Assembly: GCA_965219085.1 (NCBI GenBank)
Contig: OZ244720.1
Span: forward strand, 1,664,001 to 1,728,000
Source: Dehalococcoidia bacterium
Lineage (GTDB): Bacteria > Chloroflexota > Dehalococcoidia > UBA2979
Direction: 5' to 3'
DNA length: 64,000 nucleotides
The notes below the pieces were generated by a model that ran no database searches, was not told where the DNA came from, and was given only the letters and a program-made list of their open reading frames with translations. Every line of letters starts with the position of its first letter. The first letter of the stretch is position 1. The translations under genes and the position numbers were made by a program. This document shows positions 61,080-64,000 of this stretch, piece after piece.

Positions 61080-62806
61080 AGCGTGAACCCGGCGCGAACG
61101 GCGCCGCCGAGCTGGCCGCCTCGACGCCGGCGGGGCTCGTGCTCGGCATGGAGGACGCGGCGGCGACGCCGCTGGGCTTCTCCGTCTTCGTCGACCGCGA
61201 CCGCTACCTCCAGCTCGACGACGTCGTGCACGCACGCTCGCCGCTGCCCCCCGGCAGCCCCGTCGACGCCGTCGACTTCTACGGCGTCGTCGACGAGGTG
61301 CGCGCGGTGCAGGAGGGCGTGCGCTTCGACTCCGATGTCGCGCTCGCGAGCGAGGGGCTACTGCCCGCCGAGCCCGCGGTCACGGCGCACGTCGCGGTCA
61401 CGCGCGTGGAGCCGGAGATCTTCGTGCCGCCGCGTCCCGGCCAGCCGGTCCACCTCGCACGCGGCGAGGCGCGCGACCGCGCGCTGTTCTTCGACGCGAT
61501 GAAAGCGAACCAGACCGCAGTGCCGTTTGGGCTGTCTCGCGATGGCGAGACGGTGTTCGCCAACCTCGAGTTCCTCGACGGCACGCGCGGCGCGCATGTC
61601 AACATCTCCGGCATCTCCGGCGTCGCTACGAAGACCTCGTACGCGATGTTCCTGCTGCACACGCTGTTCGAGAGCGGCACGCTCGGCCCGGAGGCGGCCA
61701 ACACGCGCTCGCTCATCTTCAACGTGAAGGGCGAGGACTTGCTGTACCTCGACAAGCCCAACGCCCAGCTCGCCGATGACGACCGCGCGGACTACGCGCG
61801 CCTCGGGCTACCCGCCGAGCCGTTCCGGTCGGTCTCGCTCTACGCGCCGGCGAGCCGTGGCGCGCTGCCCATCCCGGACACGGGCTCCCGCAAGCAAGGC
61901 GTCACCGGCTTCTACTGGACGCTGCGCGAGTTCTGCGCCGAGCGCTACCTGCGCTTCCTCTTCGCCGATGCCGACGACGAGCGCTCGCAACTCGGACTCG
62001 TCGTGCAGCAGGTGGAGGCGCAACTCGCGCTCGCCGCGCGGATCTCGCTGCCCCTCGACGCGCCGACGGTCGAGATCGGCGGCGAGGTGATCGCGGACTT
62101 CGACGAGCTCGTCGACGCGATCGGGCTGATGACCGACCCCGACGAGGGCGGCACGTGGGCCGGGCGCGCGGCCACCGGCACCGTGCAGGCGTTCCTGCGC
62201 CGCCTCGATGCCGCCAAGCCGTACGTCGGCCACCTCATCCGCGGCCACGCGTCCGAGGACGACGCTGCCCACCAGATCGACACGAGCCGCGCACAGGTCA
62301 CGGTCGTCGACATCCACCGCCTCCACGACCGCGCGCAGCGCTTCGTCGTCGGCGTGATGCTGAAGCGCGAGTTCGAGCGCAAGGAGGCCAGCGGCTCGCC
62401 GCGGCCGCTCATGCTCGTCGTACTCGACGAGCTCAACAAGTACGCCCCGCGCGAGGGCCGCAGCCCCATCAAGGACGTGCTGCTCGACATCGCCGAGCGC
62501 GGGCGCTCGCTGGGCGTCGTGCTGATCGGCGCGCAGCAGACGGCGAGCGAGGTCGAGCCGCGCGTGGTCGCGAACTGCGCGTACCGCGTCGCGGGCCGCC
62601 TCGACGCCGCCGAGGCGCAGCGCGGCGAGTATGGCTTCCTGACGCCGGCCGCGCGGGCGCGGGCGTCGCTGCTCAAGCCGGGCTCGATGATCCTCGCGCA
62701 GCCGGAGATCCCGGTGCCGCTGCTGCTGCGCTTCCCGCATCCTGCGTGGGCGACGCGCCCCTCCGAGGTCGCTCAGACGACCGACCCGTTCGCGAGGTTC
62801 GAGTGA
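61073..62806 (+). CDS. herA: HerA-family ATPase/helicase
   Basis: HAS-barrel N-terminus, HVNISGISGVATKTS, FNVKGEDL, VLDELNKYAP, RGRSLGVVLIGAQQ. Confidence 0.88.
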   Translation: MVEREPGANGAAELAASTPAGLVLGMEDAAATPLGFSVFVDRDRYLQLDDVVHARSPLPPGSPVDAVDFYGVVDEVRAVQEGVRFDSDVALASEGLLPAEPAVTAHVAVTRVEPEIFVPPRPGQPVHLARGEARDRALFFDAMKANQTAVPFGLSRDGETVFANLEFLDGTRGAHVNISGISGVATKTSYAMFLLHTLFESGTLGPEAANTRSLIFNVKGEDLLYLDKPNAQLADDDRADYARLGLPAEPFRSVSLYAPASRGALPIPDTGSRKQGVTGFYWTLREFCAERYLRFLFADADDERSQLGLVVQQVEAQLALAARISLPLDAPTVEIGGEVIADFDELVDAIGLMTDPDEGGTWAGRAATGTVQAFLRRLDAAKPYVGHLIRGHASEDDAAHQIDTSRAQVTVVDIHRLHDRAQRFVVGVMLKREFERKEASGSPRPLMLVVLDELNKYAPREGRSPIKDVLLDIAERGRSLGVVLIGAQQTASEVEPRVVANCAYRVAGRLDAAEAQRGEYGFLTPAARARASLLKPGSMILAQPEIPVPLLLRFPHPAWATRPSEVAQTTDPFARFE

Positions 62807-63990
62807 GGCTGCTGCACACCGCCGACTGGCACGTTGGCCGCACCATGCGCGGCCGCAGCCGCGTCGCGGAGTTCGAGGCCGTGCTCACCGAGGTGGTCGA
62901 CATCGCGCGCCGCGAGCGCGTCGAGGCGATGCTCGTGTGCGGAGACATCTGGGACCACCACGCGCCCTCGGCGGAGTCGGACCGCCTCGTGTTCGAGGCG
63001 TTGCGCGAGTGCATCGGCCACGGCATCCAGGTGGTGCTGCTCGCCGGCAACCACGACAACCCGCGCAAGCTGCGCGCGCTCGGCCTGCTCTCGGAGCTGC
63101 TCGGCGTGCAGACGCAGTCGGACGTGCGGCGGCCGAACGCCGGCGGCGTGCTCACGATCGAGGGCCGCGAGCACGTCGCGCGCATCGCCGCCGTGCCCTT
63201 CATCACCGAGGGCCGCTACGTCGACGCCGCCGCGATCATGGGGCTGCAAGAGGACTGGGTCAGCGCCTACGCAGACGGCGTCGCCGAGATCCTGCGCGCC
63301 GCCGCCGCCACCTTCGACGCCGCCACCGTCAATATCCTCGCGACCCACATCTTCGTCGACAAAGCTCGCGTCCAGCGCGTCGACGGCTCCGAGCGCAAGC
63401 TCCACATCGGGCAGACATACGGGGTGACCGCCGCCAGCCTGCCCTCGACGCCCCAGTACATCGCACTCGGCCATGTGCACGAGCCGCAGGACATCCTCGA
63501 CGCTCCCGTGCCGACGGCGTACAGCGGCTCGCTGCTCCAGCTCGACTTCGGCGAGCGCGGGCAGCAGAAGGTCGTGCGCGTCATCGACGCCGAGCCCGGC
63601 CGGCCCGTGACCCAGACGCCGGTTGCGCTCACGAAGGGCCGCCCGCTCGCCGAGCTGCGCGGCACGCTCGACGACGTGCTCGCGCAGGGTGCCGAGGCCC
63701 GCGACGCGCATCTGCGCGTGCGCCTCGATGTCGAGCGGCCCGAGCCGGGCATCGCCGAGCGCGTGCGCGACGCACTCCCCAACGCCGTCGACGTGCAGCT
63801 CGAATACGAGGTGCCCGAGGATGACGAGGCCGTCGAGGCGATCGGGCACCTCAGCGCGGCGGAGCTGTTTAGGCGCTACTACCAGGCGCAGCACGGCGCG
63901 GACCCCGCGCCGGAGCTCGTCGGGCTCTTCGAGGAGCTGCTCGTGGAGGGCGACGAGACGCGCGCGGCGGAGACGGCGGCGTCCCAGTGA
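62803..63990 (+). CDS. sbcD: SbcD/Mre11 nuclease
   Basis: LLHTADWHVG, CGDIWD, AGNHD, YIALGHVH, YSGSLLQLDFGE. Confidence 0.93.
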   Translation: MRLLHTADWHVGRTMRGRSRVAEFEAVLTEVVDIARRERVEAMLVCGDIWDHHAPSAESDRLVFEALRECIGHGIQVVLLAGNHDNPRKLRALGLLSELLGVQTQSDVRRPNAGGVLTIEGREHVARIAAVPFITEGRYVDAAAIMGLQEDWVSAYADGVAEILRAAAATFDAATVNILATHIFVDKARVQRVDGSERKLHIGQTYGVTAASLPSTPQYIALGHVHEPQDILDAPVPTAYSGSLLQLDFGERGQQKVVRVIDAEPGRPVTQTPVALTKGRPLAELRGTLDDVLAQGAEARDAHLRVRLDVERPEPGIAERVRDALPNAVDVQLEYEVPEDDEAVEAIGHLSAAELFRRYYQAQHGADPAPELVGLFEELLVEGDETRAAETAASQ

Positions 63991-64000
63991 GGCCGCTCCG
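63987..64000 (+). CDS. sbcC: Probable start of SbcC/Rad50 (cut off by the window edge)
   Basis: GTGA overlap with the sbcD stop; begins MRPL as SbcC typically does; context only. Confidence 0.5.

Overview
GC-rich bacterial chromosomal segment. Gene content suggests Chloroflexota, probably Dehalococcoidia-like; this is inference, not a database result. In order: a compact, translationally coupled phage-like DNA-packaging operon (four small ORFs, terminase large subunit, 4-Cys/HTH protein, SPP1-type portal) with a LexA box in its promoter and no integrase or capsid gene; yqeK; adjacent IS5 and IS481; a nitrate assimilation cluster (nirA, nasA/narB, narK) with 11-bp-periodic GlnR-like operators; a second IS481 and an IS5 remnant; a vapBC pair; housekeeping and metabolic genes (pepN, SURF1, ADH, ligC, KamA-like radical SAM, acnA, putA, CoA-transferase, acyl-CoA dehydrogenase, MaoC pair, DUF35 plus thiolase, ubiE/menG); four tRNAs (Val-CAC, Leu-CAG, Arg-GCG, Arg-TCG); small accessory inserts (DUF1828 pair, DUF4268 nuclease with an internal amber codon, GIY-YIG gene carrying a duplicated promoter, PaREP1 triplet); and a nurA-herA-sbcD-sbcC operon with a probable LexA box. 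The best candidate for an undescribed system is the apparently domesticated, SOS-regulated terminase-portal module at 561-4660, which resembles part of a gene transfer agent. All family assignments come from motif recognition by eye; no searches were run.
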